From the NCBI GenBank assembly GCA_934274515.1, contig CAKQTC010000001.1, positions 141,491 through 205,490 on the forward strand: a DNA stretch of 64,000 nt. The letters are read 5' to 3'. A model generated the notes under the pieces. The model saw nothing but the letters and a program-made list of their open reading frames with translations. It did not search any database and was not told the origin of the DNA. The stretch's first letter is position 1. Each line of letters opens with the position of its first letter. This document shows, piece by piece, positions 32,100 through 41,530 of this stretch. A program made the position numbers and the translations under genes. This DNA is from an uncultured Clostridia bacterium (GTDB lineage: Bacteria > Bacillota > Clostridia > Christensenellales > DTU072).

Positions 32100-32132
32100 T
32101 AAAATAAATAACGCGCGCAACGCGCGCGCGAG
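32100..32132 (-). terminator. Probable dtd terminator
   Basis: Minus strand reads cgcgcgcg-ttg-cgcgcg followed by ttatttatttt. The AT-rich gyrB promoter region lies downstream. Confidence 0.45.
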
Positions 32133-32197
32133 CCGAGTTATGACCAACTCGCTAAATCGACGAATTCGGTTAAAAATTGAAAACTAAAAATCGTGTC

Positions 32198-32632
32198 TTA
32201 TTTATCGAATACGACGGTAATCGGTCCGTCGCTGTAAATTGAAAGTTCCATGTGTTCGCCGTACATACCGGTACCGACAGGGACGAACTCGCTCATTCTC
32301 CGAACGAACTCGTCGTAAATAGGTTTTGCGTCAAGACGTTTCATCGCCTTAGAAAAATCGGGACGCGTGCCGTGCGAACAATCGGCGTAAAGCGTAAAAT
32401 TGCTTACGATTAAAACTTCGCCTTTTTCGTCAACAACCGAACGATTGAGTTTGCCGTTCTCATCGGGGAAAATACGCATTTTGGAAAGTCTTTCCGCCAT
32501 AAACCGCGCCTTTTCGGGCGTGTCGCCATCGGTAAAACCGCAAAGCACGAGCAATCCGTGGTTCGCACTCCCTACAACCTCTCCGTCAACGTAAACCTTT
32601 CCTTCTCTTATCCTTTGGACAACGCAACGCAT
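32198..32632 (-). CDS. dtd: D-aminoacyl-tRNA deacylase
   Basis: 144 aa. Contains MRCVVQRI, LLVLCGF, VSNFTLYADCSHGTRPDF and a Dtd signature at the C-terminus. Confidence 0.9.
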   Translation of the reverse strand: MRCVVQRIREGKVYVDGEVVGSANHGLLVLCGFTDGDTPEKARFMAERLSKMRIFPDENGKLNRSVVDEKGEVLIVSNFTLYADCSHGTRPDFSKAMKRLDAKPIYDEFVRRMSEFVPVGTGMYGEHMELSIYSDGPITVVFDK

Positions 32633-32710
32633 AAACTCTCCTTCTATCTATCGCAACGCCGCTCTGCATTGCATCTCTTTATCGCCGATAAGCGTATTAT
32701 TAAAATCCAC

Positions 32711-33163
32711 TTATATCTCTTGTTTTATCAAAATTACGGGCGTGTACCGAAATTTTTGCCCTTGTAGGGGGACGACGGGGAAATCTCCCTCGCCAAACTA
32801 TATGATAAGCAAAATGCGTCGTTTTGCTTCCTTGGTAGTCCGACTTACACGGGTTAAACGTTTATACGCACAAAGCAACCGCGACTGCGTTAAACGTCCG
32901 TGTAACGTTTGGTCGGATTTCACATAACGTTTGGTCGGTTCCCCTCATACAGTTTATATCACTCGTTCTCTCAAAAATTACGGGCGTGTACCGAAATTTT
33001 TGCCCTTATAGGGGGACGGCGGGGGAATCTCCCTCGCCAAACTATATGATAAGCAAAATGCGTCATTTTGCTTCCTTGGTAGTCCGACTTATGCGGATTA
33101 AAAATTTATCCGCGCGTCGAGTTCTCTCGACCGCGAGTAAATTTCCGCATAACGTTTGGTCGG
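32711..33163. repeat. Tandem duplication (244-bp period) of a structured non-coding element
   Basis: The 114-nt core at 32734-32847 matches 32978-33091 with 4 mismatches. Each copy is followed by a long hairpin with an unrelated interior and a covarying 8-bp stem (32845-52/32898-905 versus 33089-96/33145-52), then cgtttggtcgg. See findings. Confidence 0.9.
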
Positions 33164-33178
33164 CTCTTCGCATAACGT

Positions 33179-34510
33179 TTACTTCCCCACGCAAAAACGC
33201 GAGAATACCTCGTCTATTATGCTGTCCGATACGCTATTCCCCGTTATTTTCCCTAATGCGTCCAACGCGCCTCTTACGCTTTCAAGCGTACATTCCGTCG
33301 GCAAGACGTCGTACCCGGACAAAGCGTCTTTTATAAGCCTGTCCGCCTCTTCCAGCGCGAAAATATGCCGTTCGTTGCTGATTACGCCTTCCTTGTATAT
33401 TCCTTCTCTGTCCGCTTGTTTTAAGACGTACGAGATAAGTTCTTCAAGTCCTTCGCCTGTCTTTGCAGAAATCGCAAGCGCGTGTTCTCGCGGATATTTT
33501 ATTTTGTCGGTTTTGTTCTGCACGGTAATATACTTTTTGTCTTCGAGTTTTTCCCGTATCTTTCTTTCGTCGTCACTTACGGGCACGGTTCCGTCCGTAA
33601 CGAAAATAACGACGTCCGCCGCGTCTATCGCCCTTACCGAGCGCTCTATTCCTATTTTTTCGACCTTGCCCGCTCCGGCGTTTCTTATCCCTGCCGTATC
33701 CAGAAAGTTAATCTTTATCCCGTCTATCTCGACGCTTTCTTTCACCACGTCGCGAGTAGTCCCTTCTTCATCGCTGACTATCGCTCTGTCTTGACCGATA
33801 AGCGCATTAAGCAATGAACTCTTTCCTGCGTTAGGGGTTCCCACAATGGCGATATCGATACCCTCATTAAGCACTTTACGTCTAGAAGAGTTTGCGAGCA
33901 ACTTATCGCAGTTACGCTTGGTTTTTTCAAGTAATTCTTTTGCCGGGGCGCGCGTTTCTTCTTCGAGTTCTTCGGGATAATCGAGTTTTGCTTCGAGCAT
34001 AGCGGCGGTTTCCGTGAGCATTTTTTCGCTTTCCGTGATACCTTGCGTCAATTCTCCGCTCATTAGCCTATACGCGTTTTTTACCTGACTTTCGGTCGTA
34101 GCGTTTATCATATCGATTACGCCTTCCGCCTCGGACAAAGACAGTTTTCCGTTAAGGAACGCGCGTTTGGTAAACTCGCCCGGTTCTGCAGGTCTTGCGC
34201 CCATAGAGCGCACCAAATGGACTATCGCGCCCGTTACGCCCCTGCCGCCGTGACAGTGTATTTCTATTACGTCTTCGCCCGTATAAGAAAACGGCGATTT
34301 GTAATACACACAAAACGCCTTTTCGGAAAAATTTTTCCCTTCTATTCTGCCGAGATACATATAATTCGGAGTCATTTGTCCGTCGGATATTTTTCGGCAG
34401 AAAAATATTTTTCGCGCTATCGCCGCGGCGTCTTCTCCGCTTATACGGATAATGTTTATACCCGCGCTCGACGTCATTGCCGTAGCGACAGCCACAATCG
34501 TATCTTTCAT
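33179..34510 (-). CDS. mnmE: tRNA modification GTPase MnmE
   Basis: 443 aa. G-domain motifs GTPNAGKSS and DTAG, and the C-terminal CVGK tetrapeptide. Confidence 0.95.
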   Translation of the reverse strand: MKDTIVAVATAMTSSAGINIIRISGEDAAAIARKIFFCRKISDGQMTPNYMYLGRIEGKNFSEKAFCVYYKSPFSYTGEDVIEIHCHGGRGVTGAIVHLVRSMGARPAEPGEFTKRAFLNGKLSLSEAEGVIDMINATTESQVKNAYRLMSGELTQGITESEKMLTETAAMLEAKLDYPEELEEETRAPAKELLEKTKRNCDKLLANSSRRKVLNEGIDIAIVGTPNAGKSSLLNALIGQDRAIVSDEEGTTRDVVKESVEIDGIKINFLDTAGIRNAGAGKVEKIGIERSVRAIDAADVVIFVTDGTVPVSDDERKIREKLEDKKYITVQNKTDKIKYPREHALAISAKTGEGLEELISYVLKQADREGIYKEGVISNERHIFALEEADRLIKDALSGYDVLPTECTLESVRGALDALGKITGNSVSDSIIDEVFSRFCVGK

Positions 34511-34526
34511 AGGACTTTCCCTATCG

Positions 34527-35360
34527 TTAAAATCTTCTCTTGTTATAACCGAAACTCTTGGTCTTCTGCGGTCCTTTTTTGCGGAAGTCCGAACTGTTGC
34601 CGTAACTCATCATCGCGCTTTTCGGCACGATTACGATATGTCTTGCTTTTCCTTCCCCGTCGCTTCTCGTGCTCGCTTCGTCGCTGTTCGTCAATGCGGC
34701 GTGAATTATTCTTCTCTCATAACTGTTCATCGGTTCGAGAGAGATTTCTCTATGCTGATTATACGCTTGTCTTGCAAGTTTTTTCGCAAGTGCGGTAAGC
34801 GTCTTCTTGCGTCTTTCTCTGTAAAAATCCGCGTCAAGCACTATTCTCGTGCGTTCTCCCGTTTCGTCTTTGTTAAGAAAATGACTTACGAGCGTTTGCA
34901 TCGCTTCCAGCGTTTCGCCCTTGTATCCGATAAAATTCTTCGCGTCGTCGCCGCCGATATATAAGCATACTTCGTCTTCTCTTACCTTGCCCTCGATCGT
35001 GACGTTTGCGCCCGTAAGACGCGCTATCTCCGCGATAAACTCCTTCCCCTTTTCGCGAAGTTCTTTGTTTTTGCGGAATCTTTCTTCGCGTTCTTCTTCG
35101 GTAAGAACGGGTTTTTCTTCCGTTTTTATTTCTTCTCTTTCATCGGTTTCTTCCGTTTCTTCTGCGGTATCCGCCGTTTCCGTCGACACAACCTGTTCTT
35201 CAACGATTTTCGGGCTTATTCTAACGACGGCTCTTGAAAAAATTCCGCCGTTAGAAACGACTTCTATATCGACTTCCTCTTCGGTCAGTCCGAGTTCGGC
35301 AAGCCCGTTTCTTATGGCGTTATCTGCCGTAGACGCCTTAAATTCATAATATTTTTCCAT
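34527..35360 (-). CDS. jag: Jag/KhpB RNA-binding protein (Jag_N, KH, R3H)
   Basis: 277 aa with an acidic linker. The R3H region reads LEPMNSYERRIIHAAL. Its position after yidC is canonical. Confidence 0.9.
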   Translation of the reverse strand: MEKYYEFKASTADNAIRNGLAELGLTEEEVDIEVVSNGGIFSRAVVRISPKIVEEQVVSTETADTAEETEETDEREEIKTEEKPVLTEEEREERFRKNKELREKGKEFIAEIARLTGANVTIEGKVREDEVCLYIGGDDAKNFIGYKGETLEAMQTLVSHFLNKDETGERTRIVLDADFYRERRKKTLTALAKKLARQAYNQHREISLEPMNSYERRIIHAALTNSDEASTRSDGEGKARHIVIVPKSAMMSYGNSSDFRKKGPQKTKSFGYNKRRF

Positions 35361-35371
35361 CTTTCCTCCGA

Positions 35372-36403
35372 TTATTTTTTGAACGTAGTAGACAGAATGC
35401 GGTCCTTTTCCGCCGCGTCCTTTTTCTTCGTTATTAAATTATATACCAAGTTAATTACAGTGGTAAATACCATATTAATAGCCATATACAACGTAAACGC
35501 CGCCGAGTAGAACAACGCGAACCCGAACATCATTATCGGCATAATAAATTGCATTATCTTCGCCTGCGATTTCTGCGCCTTTATTTGTTCTTCGGTCTGC
35601 CCGGGCATAGCGGGTTGCTGCGTCTGTTGCTTGTTGAGGAACATCGACGCCACGTTAAGCAATAATACTATAATAGGTAATATGAGATAACCGTTCCAGC
35701 CGCCGTTGTACTTATCCATAAGCGGTTTCATTACTCTCTCGTATTCCGCGGTATTGAGATTAGGTATGTTCTTCGCCGCCGTTCCTTTATCGGGTATCGC
35801 TTTTGCCCAGCCGTCCGCCGAGAAAATGTTTTTAACCCAGAAAAACGATTCTTTGTAGTTGGCGTCGTATTCCGCGACAACCGCGTCTTCCGCTTTTTTC
35901 GTCCTTTCCGCGTCGCTTAACGCCGCGTTCTCTTCGGCATAAAAAACTTCTTTATAAACTTTATCGAGAGCCTCGAAAGTTATTTTCGTGTGTTTGGAAA
36001 CAGCCGCGTTGTATCCGCCGAAAATAATGAAGAACACGACCATCGTGACTATCATCGGCAAGCAGGAACCAAACATCGAATACTTGTTTTTTTTGTAAAC
36101 TTCGCGCTGTTTCTGCATCAAAAGTTGCTGATTAGAACCGCATTGCTTTTGCACCTTTTCAAGTTCCGGGCGCATTTGCTCCATTTTTTTCGCGTTTTTG
36201 CGCATGGAAACTTTCTGCCATATATCGAGCGGACTCGTCGCCACTTTCAAAAACAGTGTAAACATAATAACGGTTACGCTAAAAGCACCGATAACCGACC
36301 AGTCGTCCGACCAGGTAACCACCCATCCGTAAAGATACTTGTAGATAAGGTCGCCAATCGCGTTATTCAGGGCTTTGCAAGATAACAAACTTATAAAGTC
36401 CAT
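35372..36403 (-). CDS. yidC: Membrane protein insertase YidC/Oxa1 family
   Basis: 343 aa, multi-TM, with a basic C-terminal tail. Lies in the rnpA-yidD-yidC-jag context. Confidence 0.85.
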   Translation of the reverse strand: MDFISLLSCKALNNAIGDLIYKYLYGWVVTWSDDWSVIGAFSVTVIMFTLFLKVATSPLDIWQKVSMRKNAKKMEQMRPELEKVQKQCGSNQQLLMQKQREVYKKNKYSMFGSCLPMIVTMVVFFIIFGGYNAAVSKHTKITFEALDKVYKEVFYAEENAALSDAERTKKAEDAVVAEYDANYKESFFWVKNIFSADGWAKAIPDKGTAAKNIPNLNTAEYERVMKPLMDKYNGGWNGYLILPIIVLLLNVASMFLNKQQTQQPAMPGQTEEQIKAQKSQAKIMQFIMPIMMFGFALFYSAAFTLYMAINMVFTTVINLVYNLITKKKDAAEKDRILSTTFKK

Positions 36404-36633
36404 TTTGCACTTCCTTTTAGATTAAGTTTTACAGGGTCGTAACCCCCTTTCGCAAAAGGGTTACAACGAAGCAATCGGCATATACCTCTCGCCATTCCGC
36501 CTAACAATCCGTATTGTCCGATAGCGTCGTACATATACATCGAACACGTAGGAACGTAGATACATCTTTTCCCGTAAACCGGGGAAACAAACTTTTTATA
36601 AAAAAGCAACGGAGCGGAAAAAATCTTTCTCAT
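36391..36633 (-). CDS. yidD: Membrane protein insertion efficiency factor YidD
   Basis: 80 aa. Contains YKKFVSP...C.Y.PTCS.Y...A....G...G.......RLLRCNPF..GGYDPV. ATGA overlap with rnpA. Confidence 0.9.
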   Translation of the reverse strand: MRKIFSAPLLFYKKFVSPVYGKRCIYVPTCSMYMYDAIGQYGLLGGMARGICRLLRCNPFAKGGYDPVKLNLKGSAKWTL

Positions 36634-36971
36634 TCCGACACTTCCTTGAACACACCGTGCTTTCTCAGCGTGTAAATCAAATCTTTGTTGATGATTTCGC
36701 TCGTGGCGTCCGCACAGGCAGGCCTAGCCACGATTACGAAGTTAAACTCGTTTGAAACGAACGGTATAAGCAGACGAAAACGCTCGCTTATTCTGCGTTT
36801 CACCCTGCTTCTCACCACGCTGTTACCGACCTTTTTGCCTACGGAAACGCCTACCTTCAAATTATGCGCAGGCACTTTGTAAACTACGATACGCGGAGTC
36901 GCTACGCCGTCGCCTTTGCGATACGCGTACGCAAAACTTCCTCGTTGCGTCAGGCGGTAAACTTTCTGCAT
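36630..36971 (-). CDS. rnpA: Ribonuclease P protein component
   Basis: 113 aa, basic, with the RNR-like motif VVRSRVKRRISE. Lies immediately downstream of rpmH. Confidence 0.9.
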   Translation of the reverse strand: MQKVYRLTQRGSFAYAYRKGDGVATPRIVVYKVPAHNLKVGVSVGKKVGNSVVRSRVKRRISERFRLLIPFVSNEFNFVIVARPACADATSEIINKDLIYTLRKHGVFKEVSE

Positions 36972-36984
36972 CGGCGGTTATTCC

Positions 36985-37119
36985 TTACGCAGTGAGTTCC
37001 TTTCTGCCCTTTGCGCGTCTTCTTTTTACTACTCTTCTTCCGTTGGGGGTAGACATTCTCTGTCTAAAACCGTGTACTTTGCTTCTTTGTCTTTTTTTAG
37101 GTTGATAAGTTCTTTTCAT
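36985..37119 (-). CDS. rpmH: 50S ribosomal protein L34
   Basis: Not in the ORF track because it is under 60 aa. My translation of the minus strand gives [44 protein letters not shown], the canonical L34 sequence. Confidence 0.95.
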   Translation of the reverse strand: MKRTYQPKKRQRSKVHGFRQRMSTPNGRRVVKRRRAKGRKELTA

Positions 37120-37204
37120 CTTTTCTATCCTCGCTTTAATTTATTTCGATTTTTCTCTCGTTTCGACTAGAAAAAATAACCCTCGCCGATTCGAGTGCGA
37201 AAGT

Positions 37205-37233
37205 ATTATATATTATATAATATCGTTTGTCAA
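37205..37233 (-). promoter_or_regulatory. Consensus sigma-A promoter of the rpmH operon
   Basis: Minus strand reads TTGACA (37233-37228), a 17-nt spacer, then TATAAT (37210-37205). Both hexamers match the consensus exactly. Confidence 0.75.
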
Positions 37234-37341
37234 ATTTTTTTTAATAACTATCGCGACGCGCACGCCACATTTGTTTCCTCCGCCGTTTACGCCGCCGCAA
37301 AAGAGTTTTCCGAATAAATTCTTCAAAAAAAAAACGTTTCG

Positions 37342-37803
37342 TCAAATTATCTCGGCAATCGTCGCTCCGCTCGCTCTCAAAAAATCGTCGGTGCTCATCT
37401 CCGCTTGCATTCCTTTCCTCCCCGCGCTTACCGTAACCGTATCGAACAACGTCGCCGTGTCGCTGACTATCGTAGTAAACTTTTTCTTCATTCCTATCGG
37501 CGAACAACCGCCGTGAACGTACCCGGTCAACGGGAAAAGTTCTTTTTGCTTTATCATTTCGACGCGTTTCACTTGCGCCGCTTTCGCCGCCTTTTTTAAG
37601 TCCAAAGAAAAACATACGGGGACGACGAATACGTAATGATTGCCGTCGTTTCCTACCGTAACGAGCGTCTTCATCGTCCTGTCCGGGTCGCTCCCCGTCG
37701 CTTTCGCAACGCTTTCCCCGTCCGTTATTTCGGGGTCGTATTCTCGTACGACGTATTTTATACCCTCGGCGTCGAGTATTCTAAGCGCGTTCGTTTTGTC
37801 CAT
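37342..37803 (-). CDS. ybaK: Cys-tRNA(Pro)/Cys-tRNA(Cys) deacylase YbaK/EbsC
   Basis: 153 aa. Contains ALRILDAEGIKY...KTLV...GYVHGGCSPIG, the hallmark of the YbaK editing domain. Confidence 0.85.
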   Translation of the reverse strand: MDKTNALRILDAEGIKYVVREYDPEITDGESVAKATGSDPDRTMKTLVTVGNDGNHYVFVVPVCFSLDLKKAAKAAQVKRVEMIKQKELFPLTGYVHGGCSPIGMKKKFTTIVSDTATLFDTVTVSAGRKGMQAEMSTDDFLRASGATIAEII

Positions 37804-37812
37804 ATCCCGTTC

Positions 37813-38157
37813 TCACAATTTCTTAATCAAATGCGTTATCGTCCCGTTCTCGAACTGCTCCAAAACCGTTCCCGACGCGTACTTCTCGCTATCAACGATA
37901 CTCTTAATCAGCGCAAACACGACGTCGCGCTCCGCTTCGCCGCGCTCCGCGCCTTTCTTGCTCGCCGCGGCGATTTCTTCGTCGCTTAAACAAACGTTTT
38001 GCACCCTGCGCATAAACTCCTTTACGCAAGGCGTATACTTTACCTCACTCCTGCCGTCGATATCTTCCCTGACCCCGTACCTGTCGTGCATAAGCACGGG
38101 CAAAAGCGCCTTGATTTTATCGTATTCCCTTCCTTCGTCTATCCTTTCTTTCGCCAT
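37813..38157 (-). CDS. Hypothetical protein
   Basis: Start taken at MAKERIDEG (ATG 38157, AAAGGAG 10 nt upstream). The ORF track's version begins 22 codons earlier at 38223. No motif recognised. Confidence 0.45.
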   Translation of the reverse strand: MAKERIDEGREYDKIKALLPVLMHDRYGVREDIDGRSEVKYTPCVKEFMRRVQNVCLSDEEIAAASKKGAERGEAERDVVFALIKSIVDSEKYASGTVLEQFENGTITHLIKKL

Positions 38158-38499
38158 ATCATCGCTACTCCTTTCCTCGTCCATTATACACCGTTTCGGC
38201 AACTCTGCGCAACGATTATTCATTTTTCGCTTTGATTTCGTAAAACTCGTTTTTTTCGTACGCCGCTTGTTTGCGTCGGGGACGGGCGGGCGGGATTTTA
38301 TCGGACAAAAATCATTAATATAACAGTATATGCGTTCGTTCGGGTATCCTTATTTTCTAAAAAGGTTTCCCTTTATCGGCAATTTCTTTTTACTGGAAAG
38401 TTTTTTCGCTTTTTTAGAAAAAAATCGGTTGCGGTGTTTACATTCCCGAACAAATGTTGTATCATATTTATTAAAGTATTCTTAATTAAGAGGTGTTTG

Positions 38500-39252
38500 A
38501 TGAACGTTCCTAAAAGTTATCCGATTATTTACGTTCTCGGCGGATTAATTTGCGTCGCCATCATCACGATGAGCGTTTTTTACATAATTAAAAACGTCAA
38601 ACGTGCGAAAAAAATCGGTATGGACATGTCTAAAATTAAAAAAACAATCGTTTCGAGCGCGGTGTTCTCCATAGTTCCGAGTATTCCTATTGTAATCGGC
38701 ATAGGTATTATGATGTCGGGACTCGGCGTAGCCATTCCGTGGATACGACTTACCGTTATCGGCGCGCTTCAATACGAACTCGTCGCTTACGACCAAGCAA
38801 ACAAAGCCCTTGCCGGCACCGGTGCAACCACCGAAACCATCATCGCGACGGCAGTTACCGTTATGACGCTTTCCATTATGAGCGGTCCGTTGTTCAACGC
38901 CATCGTTTATAAAAAGTATCAAAACAAACTCGCGGATTTACAAAAGAAAAACGCTCGTCTTATGAATACCGTCACCGGCGCGCTTTTGGGCGGTCTTTTG
39001 GCGGGTATGCTTTCGGCAATTCTCGTAGGCGGTTGTTTCAGTATCGGACACCCTGTCGAGGAACCTTCCACGAAAATCACAACTTACGGCGAAATAACTC
39101 TTATCACCCTTGCGGCAAGCCTTGTCATCATGGGTATCTGCGGCGTAATAATCAAACTAGGTAAGCAAAAATGGTTGGAAAACTACGCTCTTCCTATTAC
39201 CATTCTCGGCGCGCTCGGCATTGCTTTCGCTTTCACGAAAGTATTTTGTTAA
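38500..39252 (+). CDS. Integral membrane protein, unknown function (possibly DUF5058-like; unsure)
   Basis: 250 aa from ATG 38500 (SD aagaggtg) with about 6 hydrophobic helices. The family name is from weak memory only. Confidence 0.5.
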   Translation: MNVPKSYPIIYVLGGLICVAIITMSVFYIIKNVKRAKKIGMDMSKIKKTIVSSAVFSIVPSIPIVIGIGIMMSGLGVAIPWIRLTVIGALQYELVAYDQANKALAGTGATTETIIATAVTVMTLSIMSGPLFNAIVYKKYQNKLADLQKKNARLMNTVTGALLGGLLAGMLSAILVGGCFSIGHPVEEPSTKITTYGEITLITLAASLVIMGICGVIIKLGKQKWLENYALPITILGALGIAFAFTKVFC

Positions 39253-39266
39253 AAGGAGATACGATA

Positions 39267-39971
39267 ATGAAAAACAAACAACCGGTTCAACTTTCCGACA
39301 GAGATATTTTTAACAACAAAATGCACACGGTAGGCAGGATATTTACCTGGATTGCGCTAGGTTTGATATGTCTTGTTCCCGTGTTCTACTGCGTATCGGC
39401 AAAAACTCTTCCCGACGCCAAAGCACTCGGCAAATGCGTACCGTTCCTTTTGGGATACGTCGCGATAGGACTTATCGAAGCGGTAAGTTACGCCCCGTTG
39501 CTCGGCACCGGCGGGCAGTATATGTCTTTCATAACGGGCAACGTAAGCAACCTTAAACTTCCCTGCGCCATAAACGCTCAAAGCATTACCGGCGTCGAAA
39601 AAGGCAGCGAAGAAGAAGAAATCGTCACTTCTATCTCGATTGCGGTAAGCAGTATCGTCACGACTCTCGTCATTGCGATAGGACTTATTCCGCTTATTAT
39701 TTTCCAAAACCAAATAGTCGATATACTCGCTCCGGTTTCCCCGTACGTAATTCCCGCTATCTTCGGCGGACTGACCTTGGTTCTTATCGCGCAATACTTC
39801 AAAATAGCGATTATTCCCTTTATCGGTTGCATACTCATCTGTGTTGCAGGCACCCTTATCGGCAACAAACTCGGCAAACCAAACCTTATGAGTCAATCGA
39901 CGATGGTCGTCGTAGGCATGGCTGTAAGCGGTATAAGCACGACGATTCTGTACAAGAAGAATAAAATATAA
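39267..39971 (+). CDS. Integral membrane protein, unknown function
   Basis: 234 aa from ATG 39267 (SD aaggag), starting 15 nt after the previous gene. It has about 6 helices. Probably a two-subunit membrane complex or transporter together with 38500-39252. Confidence 0.5.
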   Translation: MKNKQPVQLSDRDIFNNKMHTVGRIFTWIALGLICLVPVFYCVSAKTLPDAKALGKCVPFLLGYVAIGLIEAVSYAPLLGTGGQYMSFITGNVSNLKLPCAINAQSITGVEKGSEEEEIVTSISIAVSSIVTTLVIAIGLIPLIIFQNQIVDILAPVSPYVIPAIFGGLTLVLIAQYFKIAIIPFIGCILICVAGTLIGNKLGKPNLMSQSTMVVVGMAVSGISTTILYKKNKI

Positions 39972-40133
39972 CGAAAAACGGCGCGATTACAATATTTTAC
40001 AACAAGTGCGTTTGCGAAAACTCTTGCAAAAAACTCGCGCGCGTAATATAATTAAAATACAATGAGTTTATAAAGGCGCGTTGCGCCGAAAGTTTAACAC
40101 CATCGGTAAGAACCGATACTTCGGGAGGAAGTA

Positions 40134-41516
40134 ATGGCGGTAAGAGCAAACAACGTCAACAATGCGCGCAAAGCGCGTATGTGGAGCGAGCAGGACGACG
40201 CTAATCTCGTTATCCTGCTCAGACGCAAAATTAAAGACACGACGGTGGCTATTCGCGAGAGCGAAACTCCGTACGAAAGGTCTCGCCTAAAAGCGCAAAG
40301 AGCGCGTTATAAAGAAATGCTCCGTAAAGTCGAAACCGGCAACTACAACGGGGATATTATTTTTAACGAACTTCGCGCGGCGGCGGCGCTCAGGCAGGAA
40401 TCGGAATTCGCGTCCGGACTGCATACGTCGATGGCAGGCGGCAAAGCGTACACCAATTCTTACGGCAACGTCGATTTCGACTACGAAGCCGCTTTTCGCA
40501 AAAAACGTTATTACGGCGCGTCTTTGCCGATAATTCTTACGTTGCTTTCCATTATTCTCCTTGCTTCTATGCTACTCGGCATACTCTCGCCTCACTACAT
40601 CAACCGTACGATTACGAATAAAATAACCGACGGCACGCAAGGCATGATTAACATAAACACTATGTTCGTCTATAAAATCGATTCCGTCGTTCCGGGTACG
40701 AATTCCCTTACGATTAACGGCGTAACCCTTTTGCAGGGCGACATCAAGGTTCAAGCAGACGAAAACGGCAAATGGTGGTGGCCCGAAGCAAACTATCCGA
40801 GCGAGTACGTAATCGAACAAGGAAAACCCTACGCCACAATTGACTCCGAAGGAAAAGTAAAAGAAAGCGGAGCGGAAAGCGTTCTTCTTAAACGAGATTT
40901 AGGCGTAACCGCCATTTACATAGACGCGGCGGACGTTATCAAAGCATGGTTCCACACCAAAATGCTTGAAAAGACGCGTATAGACGTACTCGAAAATCTC
41001 TCCGTATTCCAAGGAACGAGCGCGTTCTATTCTATCTTCCTTGCCGACGGAAAAGCGTCGCAACTCGTCATTAAAAAAGAAAACGGTCAATACAACCGTG
41101 AAACGATAATTAACCATCTCGGCGTATACGGCGCGATTTTATACAACATTGTAGCCATCGTCTTTATGGTTATCATCTTGATACAAAACATCGTACGCAT
41201 ATTTACGTACACTTCGAGAAGACTGCACTTTACGACGTTTTTGTGCTTGCTGTTTAGCGCGCTCGGCTGGATATCCCCCGCTCTCGCTACCTGCGAAGGC
41301 ACGGAACTCGGCGTAGCGTTCAAAAACTATTTCCTCAATCTCACAAATGCGGAAGCATTTATGTCGGAAGCAACCGCGTCGGTAGGCGTTACTATTATGG
41401 GAATTATCCCGGTTGCAATTTGTTTCGTTATGCTCATACTGCCGAAGTTCTTCCGCAACAGGCATAAAGATTTGCCCGCACGCGTCCCGAAAGGAAACAG
41501 AAAAGCACACGTTTAA
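40134..41516 (+). CDS. Hypothetical membrane protein (basic cytoplasmic N-domain, extracytoplasmic domain of about 180 aa, 3 C-terminal TM helices)
   Basis: 460-aa ORF with SD gggagg. Predicted TM segments lie at about aa 130-155, 337-360, 372-392 and 425-447. No motif recognised. Confidence 0.55.
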   Translation: MAVRANNVNNARKARMWSEQDDANLVILLRRKIKDTTVAIRESETPYERSRLKAQRARYKEMLRKVETGNYNGDIIFNELRAAAALRQESEFASGLHTSMAGGKAYTNSYGNVDFDYEAAFRKKRYYGASLPIILTLLSIILLASMLLGILSPHYINRTITNKITDGTQGMININTMFVYKIDSVVPGTNSLTINGVTLLQGDIKVQADENGKWWWPEANYPSEYVIEQGKPYATIDSEGKVKESGAESVLLKRDLGVTAIYIDAADVIKAWFHTKMLEKTRIDVLENLSVFQGTSAFYSIFLADGKASQLVIKKENGQYNRETIINHLGVYGAILYNIVAIVFMVIILIQNIVRIFTYTSRRLHFTTFLCLLFSALGWISPALATCEGTELGVAFKNYFLNLTNAEAFMSEATASVGVTIMGIIPVAICFVMLILPKFFRNRHKDLPARVPKGNRKAHV

Positions 41517-41530
41517 TATATATATAGAAT

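Noticed and set aside
32633-33178. A known riboswitch or ncRNA (T-box, tandem glycine, c-di-GMP, 6S, SRP, tmRNA, RNase P) as the explanation for the duplicated element.
   Set aside because: By eye there is only fragmentary resemblance, for example GGTACaCGC versus the T-box GGUACCGCG and ACCGAA versus the glycine motif. There is no specifier or terminator architecture, and none of the universal motifs. The element is left as unassigned rather than named.
32742-33336. Paralogous ORFs MYRNFCP.RGT.G.SPSPNYMISKMR.FASLVVRL... (61 and 116 aa) in the duplicated element. I also considered a possible type I toxin.
   Set aside because: They have GTG starts without SDs, they are not hydrophobic, and the frames diverge completely in the variable hairpin. 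The second runs antisense into mnmE. The minus-strand 31-codon frame has an ATG in only one copy.
37120-38499. oriC or a DnaA-box cluster next to rpmH.
   Set aside because: I saw no TTATCCACA/TGTGGATAA boxes, even allowing one mismatch, in the intergenic stretches 37120-37341 and 38224-38499. dnaA is not in the window, so no origin is called.
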